Origin: Octopus sinensis
Lineage: Eukaryota
DNA length: 64,000 nucleotides
NCBI RefSeq assembly: GCF_006345805.1
Contig: NC_043004.1
Location: 74,834,001-74,898,000 of the forward strand
Direction of reading: 5' to 3'
Positions 52,483-64,000 of the stretch are shown piece after piece. Every line of letters starts with the position of its first letter. The first letter of the stretch is position 1. Made by a program: the position numbers and the translations under genes. The notes beneath the pieces were generated by a model. It did no database searches. It was not told the origin of the DNA and saw nothing but the letters and a program-made list of their open reading frames with translations.

Positions 52483-53734
52483 TGCTAAGAGGAAGAAAGA
52501 GAGAAAGTAAAGGTGGAAGGGAGACAGTGAAAGAGGGGGAAGGAGAGAGAGAGATATATTAAAACGTCTGATGTCAAGTAGGTCAGCCTCAAATCAGCAA
52601 CACCAAATATGTGGTGTCAAAATGGCTGTGCCAGAATGCCTCATGCCCTTAAAGTAGCCACCCTGTACATAAAGTAATTACCCTTCTATATCTATGAAGT
52701 GAGGCTACTATGTGGAACCACACTGCCTTTTATATTGTGTGTGTGTGTATGTGTGTGTGTGTGTGTGTGCATGTGTGTGTGTGTGTAAACATGCTGAGTG
52801 AAAGAATGACATGAGTGAAGTGTATCTGATAAACAAGTCAAATACATTTAATGAAGACTATATCAAGAGAAAAGGGCAATATTTCTGCCCCCTATGCAAT
52901 ATACCACAGTGACATCATCTCTATGACTCCATCACAAGCTGGGAAGAAAGAAGAATAAATGAAAAGGAGTTTTTAACACAAAATATTAAGGCTAATTAAA
53001 TATGTCCAAGTTATCATTTCAAACTCTTGTTATTGTTGGCAGAACTGTTAGCATACTGGGCAAAGTGCTTAATGATATTTTCTCCATTTTTACATTTAGA
53101 GTTCAAATTCTTCCAAGATCCACTTTGACTTTCATCCTTTTGGGGTCAATAAAATAAAATAAGGCATTGAGCTGGCAGAATCGTTGGCATGCTGAACAAA
53201 ATGCTTTGTGGCATTTCAGCTATCTTTGTGTTCTAAGTTCAAATTCCACTAAGGTCCATTTGGCTTTTCATCCTTTCAGGGTCAGTAAAATAAATACCAG
53301 TTGAGTACTGGGGTTGATGTAATCAACACACACCCTCCCTGGAAATTAATCATTTCTGCTCTAGGCACAAGGCCTTGAAAATTTTGGGGGAAGGGGGTTA
53401 GTTGTATATAGCGACCCTAATGCATAACTGGTATTTATTTCATCAACTCTGAGAAAGGATGAAAGGCAAAGTCGACCTCAATGGAATTTGAACTCAGAAC
53501 ATAGTGGCAGATGAAATGCCACTAAGCATTTCACCCAGTGTGCTATTAATTCTGCCATCTCACCACCTTACCCTCCCTCCCTCAAAACTGCTGGCCTTTG
53601 CCAAAATTAGAATCCAGTATTTTGTTATTGTTATTCTTAGTCAAATCATCCTATCCATGCTAGCATGGAAAGCGGACGTTAAAGGATGATGACGATGATG
53701 ATGATGATGATATATATATATATATACACACTGT

Positions 53735-54101
53735 GCTTGAGGAGACCTATTGAGTCAAGTACAGCAACATCAAAAAATCAAATGGAAATTGTAGTTGTGA
53801 TCCCTGTGCCTGTGGCACGTAAAAGAACCATCCGAGCATGGCCGATGCCAGTGCTGCCTTGACCGGCTTCCTTGCCGGTGGCACATAAAAAGTACCAACC
53901 AATCGTGGCCATTGCCAGCCTTGCCTGGCACATAAAAGGGACCCACTACACTCACATAGTGGTTGGCATTAGGAAGGGCATCCAGCTGTAGAAACACTGC
54001 CAGATCAGACTGGAGCCTGGTCTTGCTTCCCAGACCCCAGTCGAACCGTCTAACCCATGCTAGCATGGAAAATGGACGTTAAACAATGATGATGATGATG
54101 A
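53735..54101 (+). mobile_element. Retroposon family C ((GAT)n tail, internal tandem ggcac.taaaa units)
   Basis: gtggttggcattaggaagggcatccagctgtagaaac...ccatgctagcatggaaa..ggacgttaaac(gat)n. Other copies at ~31598-31800 (-), 37867-38135 (-), 48385-48685, 50960-51148 and 62842-63182. Confidence 0.85.
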
Positions 54102-54290
54102 TTCTTAATACCTAATGTCCTTTTTGTCTTACATTCACATTCTCTAATGCACTGTATTTCTATTTATCTGGCTATTTTTTTTTTTTTTTGAAAATCTTGC
54201 ATTTCTCTTGAAAGTTTCCATAAAAAACTACATCTGTAGAGAATGGCACCGCTAGTTCATTTGTAACAATTACTTCAAATTTCTTTGCAG

Positions 54291-54329
54291 GTGACCATTC
54301 CACTTCTTCACAGCAATCCACAACTCAAG
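54291..54329 (+). CDS. MANSC protein coding exon 3 (39-nt mini-exon)
   Basis: Strong acceptor tttctttgcag. (G)DHSTSSQQSTTQ, donor AAG|GTAGGT, phase 1-1, Ser/Thr-rich like its neighbours. Confidence 0.75.
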
Positions 54330-54511
54330 GTAGGTAACAACTCTATCCCACTAACCCATTTTTAACTTTTCTAACAAGAATAAAACTGCATTCGTATTTC
54401 ATTTTCATAATAACCAAATCTTTATAATAGGTTTAGTAAAACTGTCAACTTAATTAAATACAAATGATTAATTACTTATTGTAAACCTAATAGCATTTTT
54501 TCCTAGCAAGT

Positions 54512-55256
54512 TTGGGTACTTTTTGGTTATCTCACCCCCATTCAAAACTTGCCATTAAAAAATTGGGTTATCTCCCCATTAAAAAGTTGAGTATATTGGA
54601 AACAAGAGATTGGATTAAAAGGGTTGGGATCCTTTTGATTACTCTTTTTACTCTTTTACTTGTTTCAGTCATTTGACTGCAGCCATGCTGGAGCACCACC
54701 TTTAGTCGAACAACCCCAGGACTTATTCTTTGTAAGCCTAGTTCTTATTCTATCAGTCTTTTTTGCCGAACTGCTAAGTTACGGGGATGCAAACACACCA
54801 GCATCAATTGTCAAACGATGTTGGGGGGACAAACACAGACGCACAAACATATACACTCATATATATACATATACATGTATATGACGGGCTTCTTTCAGTT
54901 TCCATCTACCAAATCCACTCACAAAGCTTTGGTCAGCCCGAAGCTATAGTAGAAGACACTTACCCAAGGTGCCACGCAGTGGGACTGAACCCGGAACCAT
55001 GTGGTTGGTGAGCAAGCTACTTACTACACAGCACTCCTGCGCCTATACTTCAACACATTGTTGACTTTTGGCCCCCTCAATATGCATAGTATGATTTGTT
55101 ATAAAAATGTTATTAGATTCAATAAGACGTTTACTCTTTTCACTTTATTAATTTTTTGTCATTTTGTTTTTTATTTTATTGAGAGATAAACAATTTTTTA
55201 GTTAGGGGAGATAACCCAATTTTTTAATGGGGGTGAGATAACCAAAGAGTAGCCAA
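54512..55256. mobile_element. MITE with ~60-bp TIRs, interrupted by SINE A
   Basis: ttggttatctcaccccc..aaaaaattgggttatctcccc is mirrored by ggggagataacccaatttttt..ggggtgagataaccaa. Confidence 0.8.
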
Positions 55257-58165
55257 GTCTGTTTGCTATGCTGCACTGAGAAAACATTTATAGAATGGCT
55301 TTGCTTCTTGCAAGATGTTGCATGAACATGACTAATAATAACTAATCAACAAAATTTATTAACTTCTCAAACATATAATTTGAGACTTTGATTAACTTCA
55401 ATCCTTAGTTATTTCAAGTACATACAAATTTAAATCATAAAAACATGTAATTATGCAACTAACCTCTGCTCCCTAAAATTGCTGGCCTTGAGCCAAAGTT
55501 TGAAACCGTTATTATTATTATTATTATCTTAAGACAATTTATTATGATATTGTTATCATGTCTGTAAGGGTGGCACAGGTGGTAATGCTCTGAGAAGTGA
55601 TTAATTGATTAATGAGAGTTGCATTTTATCCCACTGCTGGTCTACAAGAAATATTTACTATACTTAGTTCTATAAACTATAGCTACTCTAACACATGTGC
55701 GTGTGTGGGTGGGGGGTGGGGGTAAAGGATCAAGGGGTCACTAACTGACCTGCCTGAACTTAGATTTAAACAATTTACCAGAAATACTTCCAGACAAGTT
55801 GATATTGAAAGGGTTTGAGCTGTTTCTGGATTTCGTATTTCTTACTACAACTTCTTATAGTTTTAAACCCTTCCCCCAAGTTATAAACTCCATCTCTCAT
55901 CCTCTGTTCAGTTTTTATTATATCTCACTTCTAAATATTGATGTTAATTTATTTAACCAATCTTTTGTCTTCAAAACTGAATCTTTCTGAAATTCTTGGA
56001 TGAACTTTCCTTCTGACACAACCACTGACCTGCAGCAACGCATACTAATGATATCCAAAGTGTTTCAAGCCTCAAATCTAGGACGGTCTAAAAGAGATAA
56101 GAGATAATGGTACTGGTCTCTCTCATCCCTCACTCTCTCTCTCTCTAACTCTCTCCCTCTCTTCCTCTCTCTCGACAGACTAACATATATAACCTAACAA
56201 AATGTTATTCTTAAAATTCTATGATGGTGGTGGTAATGGTGGTGGTAATGATGATGATGATGATGATGATGATGATAATGATCGTTTCTTTTTTACTTGT
56301 TTCAGTCATTAGACTACGGCCATGCTGGTGCACCACCTTCAAGAATTATAGCTGAATGAATCAAATCTCAGTATTTTTATATTTAAAAAATTTTTTTATC
56401 CCATGCCTGGTACTTATTTTATCAGTCTCTTTTACTGAACCACTAAGTTACAAGGATATAAAGGCATCAACACTATTTGTCAAGCAGTGGTGGGGACAAA
56501 CTCAGATGCAACACACACACTTATATACAATGGGCTTCTTTCAGTCTTTGTCTATCAAATCCTCTCAAAGTCATTGATCAGCTTGACGCTACAGTAGAAG
56601 ACACCTGACCAAGGTGCCACACAGTGGGACTGAACCTTAAACTATATGACTGGGAAGCGAACGACTTACCCCCCAGCCTCAAGAAGTCTACCTATACGTA
56701 ATTATGTCATTTTCATTTTTCCATGGGTTCTAGGACTTGTATGGCTTGAGCTTAACTCAGTTTCCATGGCATGTAAGTGACTGAGATTACAACACACCCC
56801 ACTGAATGAGATGTTGGTCTGTTACAAGATCAAACTTCCTATATATTGCAGAAACTCATTGTCGGCTGAGTGGACTGGAGCAATGTAAAATGGAATGTTT
56901 CGTTCAAAATCACAACACCCCCATCCAGTCCAGAACTCAAAACAATTTTACAATCATGGGTGCAACACCCTAGCCACCAGGTCACATGTCTTCACAACTT
57001 CATTATGTATTGGTTGCTTATCTAATTTCATTTGTTTGTCTTAGCTAAGTGAGGAGTGGGAAGAGTCAGTGACCAGGAGAGTTGCAAACTTTCGCAGAAT
57101 ATTGAGACTAGTGTGGATAATGTCTAATTTGAACATCTGCAGGTGAATGTTTATAGGAACAATGCCAGTGAGAGGTAACAACATGTTCTAGCAACAGAGT
57201 GAATTCCATCACCAGCTACACCCAGGACTTGGTGGTCATATTAAACTAACCAGTACATTGCTGCTACCTTCTATCGAGCCCTGTTCTGCTCTGGTCTAGC
57301 CAAGCTTTGACCAAATGCATTCCAGCTTTGACCATTCCAATTTTTGAGGTGAATCTAAGACAAAATTACCCAAAGTATTTGTCTCTTTATACTGAGCTCT
57401 CTTTTGTGTTTTGTATTGATCTGTCATATCATCAATGTATCATTCTACCTGTCCTTCAATCTATTCATTTATCTATCTATCTCTCTATCTATCCATTTAT
57501 CCCTGTTTATATACCCTACTCTTTTTCTCCCCACTTCTTTTCCTGTTTCAATAATCTTTTCTTGCCTGTTACTGTTTCCTTCTTTCCCTTTCCAATGGGT
57601 CCCACAAGCCTTTCTTCATCTATTTCTAGTGGTATTCATTCTTTCAAACTGGCCGTTCAACTAGTCAGTCACACTTATTAATTTAAAGTTTTTCTTGTTT
57701 TTTTTTTTGTTTTTTTTGCAGCTCTTGGTTTGCAAAGCCAACAGAGGACACTATCTCTCCTGTTAGCATTACTCAACACAACTTGTCCTAATTTCATAGC
57801 TAAGTCAAAAGGCATTTTATGTATACATAATATACATTTCTTTTTCTCATTTACAAACTGTATTTTTTCTGTCACAGTCTTTGCAACAGTTTTTTCTGTC
57901 CATTTTCTATCAAATCTGTTCATCCATACATCAGCAACTTTTGGAGCTGACATCATCAATGTGAATATTATTCTCCGAAAGTGTCAAAATTGTGATGAAA
58001 TTTGGGTGACATATGATGAGGGATAGAGTATGATTGCATTTATGTGTGTGTATTTTTCATTTTTTCCTACATTCCTTTGGCATCCCTCTGTGCCACCTTT
58101 TACATTTTATATAAAAATGTATGTATGATATTTATATAAGCATTATATATATATTGGTATTGCAG

Positions 58166-58459
58166 ATTATAATGATTTTTTAACATCAAATATTGGTTAC
58201 CCAATTACTGAAACATCTCAATCAACCAATGAAGTTTTGTCAACCACTCTTAGTGTTTCCACCAGCTCAGTTCCATCCGGTCAGGATCAAACCTCAACAA
58301 CTGAAAGTACATCATTACAAAATACAGACATATTTTCTACTATCCCTGCAAACACCACCAATCAAAATTCTATATTTAGTAGCACCTCACCCAGTAATTC
58401 TACAAGCAGCTCTTCCAACATGACCACCACCAACCCTGAAGGAACGACTACCAATTATA
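58166..58459 (+). CDS. MANSC protein coding exon 4 (Ser/Thr-rich mucin-like stalk)
   Basis: Acceptor ttgcag. 294 nt open, phase 1-1: (D)YNDFLTSNIGYPITETSQSTNEVLSTTLSV...PEGTTTNY. Donor A|GTCAGT at 58460. Several NxS/T sequons. Confidence 0.8.
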
Positions 58460-59664
58460 GTCAGTGAATGTATTTTATACATAGTCTTTTATTAAAATAT
58501 TGTTGTTATTTTATTGTAGTAGCTGATCCCCAGGTGAGCCTTGATCAACTAGACTTACAATGGTGTTAAATCCATGACTAGATCTTCTCATCTTTTTTGT
58601 TATCCAAAGTGTTATTTCTTTAGCTTGTTATAAGAGGAAGATTTGTCTGCTATTTCTAGCAAGTCAAGAGACTGTATAAATCTTCTCTTGTCAAGCTGTC
58701 ACTTTATGTTTATTCTTGTAGATATTGTAGATGCAAGGAATGAGACAGTTGGGTGCAGCTGTTTGGATGCTAATGGTTTGGCATGGCTGACCGGACATAC
58801 AATCCTTTTTTAACAACAGAACTTTTTGGCATTGGAGGCAAACACACATTTGCACACACACACACACCACACAAACTGACAGACATACACACACACTCAT
58901 ATAAACGCATTCATACATATATTACACATAAAAGTGCATGCATGTCTATGTGGATAGGCTCAGGCATGGCTGTGTGGTAAAGAGCTCATTTTGCAATCAT
59001 GTTGTTTCAGGTTCGATCCCACTTTGCAGCAACTTGGGATAAATATTTTCTACCATAGCCATGAACTAACTAATGCCTTGTGAGTACACACACCACACAT
59101 ACACTTGAAATGTACACATATAGATAGAAAGAGAGAGAGAGAAAGAGAGATCAGGAAATTATAATTTATCAATTGAATATAGTGACATAAACACTTTAGC
59201 TTTCCTTATACGCATAGAGAAATATAGTCACACACATAAACACAGAGAGGGAGGAGGGAGAGAGAGTGGGAGATGAGAGAGGTGTGGGTAACATTAAAGC
59301 AAAAGAAATATTAAGATGCTGGATGTCAAATAAATCAGCATCAGATCAGCAACTCCAAATAGGCAGTGCCAAAGCAGTTGTACCGAAATGTCTTGTGCTC
59401 ATAATTGCTTGTACATAATATGTAAACATAGAACATTCCTCATGATAACCAACAGTGTGCCAGTTATTGTTAATGTTGAATAATATATGGTGTTTTTCAC
59501 ACTGACATTTGTTACATCATTTGTTTTTTTCATTTTAAAAAAGAACTGCACTATATCAAGCCAACACTTGCTTTTTGTTTTGCCTTTTATTATTTATCTA
59601 TTTGCTTATTTATTCATTCACTTATTTATTGCTATGCCTGAGAGAAATATGCTATTTCTTCTTT

Positions 59665-60030
59665 ATTTTCCCTTTGCATCCTCTCTAAGAATCTTTCACA
59701 TTTATTTCATGGTCCTTGCTCAGATGAAATTTCTGATTTAGTACCCTCTGTCAAGACCTTTAAATGTATCATCCACTTCTCTTCTCAGGTGTGTCATTTC
59801 TCTGATGAGTCTCTTGTTAATCATAAGTCTATTTTTCTCAATAGCTTCTTTCCTCAAACTGCTGCTCTCTGGAATTCACTGCCAACATCTTGTTTTCTTC
59901 TGGTCTATGATATTCAGCCTTATTTTTTCTGTCAATCAACATCCTTTGACTTTGTTGGCCTCACGCCCCTTCCTTTCCTTCTTTGTAGTCTCTTATGCTA
60001 CAGTGATCTCAAGTGCTTTGTTTGAGACAA
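59665..60030 (+). mobile_element. Degenerate CR1/Jockey-group LINE 3' end
   Basis: FLNSFFPQTAALWNSLP matches the FF.R....WN.LP C-terminal motif. Confidence 0.6.
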
Positions 60031-60309
60031 AATCATATAAAAAATTTCATTTTAGCACCCAACTAGATACTGGCATGAATCAGCAGTGTTGATGTACTTG
60101 TTTTGCTATTCAGTTATGACTTCTTTACGTATTTATATACTGTAAGTTATCCAATAGCATATTAGATACTGTTAGGGTAGTCATATGAAAGAGAATCAAA
60201 AGTGATTAAAGGACAATTCTCCCTCATATATTCATTGAATCTGCATTTAAACTTAATTTAAAATATATTTTACCTTCACTAACAGATTGGATCACACTAT
60301 ATATAATTC

Positions 60310-60592
60310 AATTGCCAAATATTAATTCATATGTAAATTAGTTCTGGAAATATTCAATTTATTTTCAGTCTATGTAAATTGATTCTCAAAGTATTTAATT
60401 AAATCACTTAAGTATGAACACATTAATAGAGTGTGCCTCAAAATATTTAATTCACTTGCTAAATGTTAATACATATGTAAATTAGTTCTAGAAATACTTA
60501 ATTTATTTTCTAATTAAGGTATAATATTTATGTAAATTGATTCTCAAAGTATATAATTTAATCACTTAAGTATGAGTACATTAATAGAGTGT
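60310..60592. repeat. AT-rich tandem duplication (~150-160 bp unit), the target of the insertion that follows
   Basis: tatgtaaattgattctcaaagtat..aatcacttaagtatga..acattaatagagtgt occurs twice. The unit resumes at 62576 (ttaatagagtgtgcctcaaaatatttaa). Confidence 0.85.
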
Positions 60593-60951
60593 TCAGTTCT
60601 ATATTTAAGAAATGAGGAGTTATGTACATTATTTACATTTAACGGATATTTGTCCTCATCTTGTTTGTTGTTAACACAACGTTTCAGTTGTTATACTCTC
60701 CAGCCTTCATCAAGTGTCTTGGGGAAAGTTCGAACCTGGGTTCTCATTCCTAAGGTATTTTTTGATGTTATTATTTTTATCATCATTATTATTATTCAGG
60801 TCACTGCCTGGAATCGAACTCAGAAACTTGGAGTTAGTAGTCCGTGCTCTTAACTCTGGGCATATGGCGTAGTGGTTAAAATCGCGGGCTACTAACCCCA
60901 AGATTCTGAGTTTGATTCCAGGCAGTGACCTGAATAATAATGATGATGATG

Positions 60952-61001
<50 letters not shown>

Positions 61002-61097
61002 TATAATGATAAAAATTTAGCTAGCAGACAAAAGCACAAGAAAATTTGTGACCTGAATAATAAGGATAATAATAATAATAATATTATAATAATAATA

Positions 61098-61128
<31 letters not shown>

Positions 61129-61139
61129 TATAATAATAA

Positions 61140-62117
61140 TAAAAATTTAGCTAGCAGACAAAAGCACATGAAATTTAGCTAGCAGATGGGAACAGAAACC
61201 TCTCCATGGCAAGTATGTGGCCCATAGCAAACAAGCTGATGTCGACCAGAAACACACGCACCAATGGTTACGAAGTTCAGGGCTAAAAGTAGAGAGTGAA
61301 TGTTTCATATTAGCTGCTCAAGACTAAAGCTTATTAACCCGGAATACCAAACCAATGTGATATAAAATGGAGCTCACCCAAAATGCTGATTCTGTAACGA
61401 TGAGATTGAAACAATAGACCACCTAATCTCGGGGTGTAGAGTCTTAGCACCTGTAAAATATAAAGCAAGACATGACAGAGTCGGCCAGTATTTACTTTGG
61501 ACAATATGTCGGCATTATAAAATCAAAACCACTGACAAATGGTATAAACATCATACTGAAGATGTGACTGAGGGAGAAAATGTGTTGATTCTATGGGACT
61601 TCCCTGTACAGACCGACAGGACTATAAAAGCTAATAAACCGGATATTATTATAAAGATCAGACAAAAAGGACATGTTTATTAATTGACATGAGTATTCCC
61701 TGTGATCACAATATAGCGGCGAAAGAATTTGACAAGATTAGTAAATATAAAGACCTGCTAATAGAAATTGAAAAAATGTGGCATCTCAAGGCGACTACAG
61801 TACCGGTGATTGTAGGATCTCTAGGAACGATAAATAAGGTACTGAAACCTATTTGAAAATGATTCCAGGCTTACCATCCCTACAGGAGGTGCAAAAAATC
61901 GTATTAACTGGAACGGCTCATGTACTGAGAAGAGCACTATCGCTGTAAAAATAACATCCATCCATGAATTTATTTATTTATTAATTTTTAAATACATATT
62001 TTATCTTTGAATTTGCACGTGTAATCTGGGAATGCATACAATGCCCTTCTCTGCCCTAGGTGTATGGAAAACACTCGGCGAGAAACGGGAGAAACTTTGA
62101 AGAAAGAAGGAAAAAAC
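61140..62117 (+). mobile_element. 5'-truncated R4/Dong-clade non-LTR retrotransposon in (TAA)n
   Basis: LHGKY..., AAQD, C*FC..ETIDHLISGC (CCHC), KARHDRV, LWDFPVQTDRTIKANKPDII, LIDMSIP, KYKDL...PVIVGSLG; stop at 61946-61948. Flanked by TAA repeats. Confidence 0.9.
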
Positions 62118-62191
62118 ATAACAATAATAATAATAATAACAACATCGAAAAATACCTTAGGAATGAGAACCAAAGTTTGAAATTTCCCCAA

Positions 62192-62237
62192 GACACCTGA
62201 TGAAGGCTGGAGGGTAAAACAACTGAAACGTTGTGTT
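62192..62237 (+). ncRNA. Minimal hammerhead ribozyme motif in SINE H
   Basis: GACAC CUGAUGA A GGCUGG..CAACU GAAAC GUU GUGUU. Canonical core; stem II is partly mutated in this copy. Confidence 0.6.
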
Positions 62238-63884
62238 AACAACAAACAAGATGAGGACAAATATCCGTTAAATGTAAATAATGTACATAACTCCTCATTT
62301 CTTAACTATTGAACTGGAGGGTATATCAGCTGAAAAGTTGTGTTAAACAAGCAAGATGAGAACAAATATCCATCAAATGTAAATAATGTACATAATTCCT
62401 CATCTCTTAACTATTGAACTGAACACTCTATTAATGTACTCGTACTTAAGTGATTTAATTATATACTTTGAGAATCATTTTACATAAATATTATGTATAT
62501 CAGCCGAAACATTGTGTTAACAACAAACAATTTGAGGACAAATAGCCATCAAATGTAAATAATGTAAATAATGTTTTAATAGAGTGTGCCTCAAAATATT
62601 TAAGTCAATTACTAAAATAGGGACAAACACTTAAACTACTTCTATGCTTTTGTATATAAGACTATTATCATCTTTGTCAGCATTATCATAAGTTTCCTCC
62701 TCTTCCACCTCTACCTTCTAATCATGATTATCATCATCACCACCATCACCATTAATGTATTAGAGTCTGTTTTTTTCCACACTGATATGTCAGACATGTC
62801 TATCTTTCAATATATTAAAACTGCTTTAATCATTTATCATCTCAATAGAAATTGCAGTTGTGATACCAGTGCTGGTGGCATGTAAAAGAACCATCCAAAC
62901 GTGGCTGTTGCCAGCGCCGCCTCAACTGGCCTCCATGTCGGTGGCACATAAAAAGCACCAACCAATCGTGGCCATTGCTAGCCTCGTCTGGCACCTGTGC
63001 CAGTGGCATGTAAAAAGCACCCACTACACTCTCAGAGTAGTTGGCATTAGGAAGGGCATCCAGCTGTTGAAACACTGCCAGATCAGACTGGGCCTGGTGC
63101 AGCCTCCTGGCTTCCCAGACCCCTGTTGAACCGTCCAACCCATGCTAGCATAGAAAGCGAACGTTAAACGATGATAATGATCATCTCAGCTGTTTTGACC
63201 CAGTATTTTAAAAGTTGATTTTTTTTCCTACTTTTTCACATCTCTTCTTTTCATCTTCCACTCATCATCTTCATTCACTGATTCCTTGTACCACACAATC
63301 ATCTATCTTTCACATTTCAGCCAGCTTTCTTGTGCTCCACTTTTATTATGCAGCTTAATATTATGCACCATACTGTTCCTGCTCAGTTCATCTTTTTCCA
63401 GCCTCTGCAGGTCTTACATATTCACTTCCCATGACTCAGCACCAAGCAGCATCACATTTCTTACACATTATTCATGCTACTTATTATTACATATTATTGC
63501 ATATTATTATTATATATTATTATATTTCATTACAAATTACATATAATTGCATAGTATTATTACATATTAATTTTATTACATATTATTTTTACATATAATT
63601 ATGACATATTATTCATGCTACTTATCTTTCATAGTAAGGCAGAAAGAGAGAGAGAGCGACAGAGATAAACTCTAAATATATCATCAACCTCACTTATAGC
63701 ATTGGCTGGGTGCATGTTGTTATGCCTCTGGTGCTACAAAGCTTGTCTGTAAGGAGACTGAAGAGCTCCCTTTCTCTGTTTTGTGCTACTATTTAAGGTC
63801 CAGTGCTTCTGCTCTGCAAAAGGATTTGCCATCACTGCACCTTCTGAGACCCACACTTCACCATGTGATTATACAAATGCAAAT

Positions 63885-63898
63885 ATCCCTCTCTCTCC

Positions 63899-63946
<48 letters not shown>

Positions 63947-63960
63947 CCTATCTATCTCTA

Positions 63961-63999
<39 letters not shown>

Positions 64000-64000
64000 C
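63885..64000. repeat. (TCTA)n/(TCTG)n microsatellite
   Basis: Directly visible. Confidence 0.95.

Larger units (their letters stand above)
60594..62575. mobile_element. Composite insertion of hammerhead-bearing SINE H: inverted copy, forward copy and partial 3' repeats
   Basis: Minus copy 60594-60854. Plus copy head 60858-60932 and body ~62140-62316. 3' partials 62314-62421 and 62495-62575. TTAATAGAGTGT on both sides. Confidence 0.85.

Noticed and set aside
58237-58467. Standalone 76-aa Ser/Thr-rich ORF
   Set aside because: It starts at TTG and is better explained as part of spliced exon 58166-58459.
60858-60932. tRNA-like sequence with anticodon ACT
   Set aside because: The acceptor stem is poor and the sequence runs directly into a repeat body; it is a SINE head, not a tRNA gene.

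Overview
AT-rich, repeat-dense eukaryotic DNA, most likely from an Octopus (coleoid cephalopod) genome. This is inferred from the tRNA-derived SINE families, the (TATG)n/(TA)n/(TAA)n microsatellite load and the RTE, Dong and mariner remnants. Nearly all long ORFs in the track are microsatellite artefacts. One host gene can be assembled on the + strand: four phase-1 coding exons (45851-46058, 49440-49676, 54291-54329, 58166-58459) encoding a signal peptide, a MANSC/MANEC cysteine domain and a Ser/Thr mucin-like stalk, probably continuing beyond the window. The rest is transposon debris: a hAT remnant, a solo LTR, mariners, MITEs, RTE and R4/Dong LINE fragments and several SINE families. The most interesting signal is a tRNA-headed SINE carrying a Penelope-type minimal hammerhead ribozyme (copies at 9084-9297 and 60594-62575). 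The second locus has an inverted-plus-tandem layout typical of Penelope integration and a nested Dong element. Also notable are other hammerhead-like remnants, an RTE tail encoding three C2H2 fingers, and a CpG-decay boundary near 31 kb. All family assignments are by eye, without database searches.
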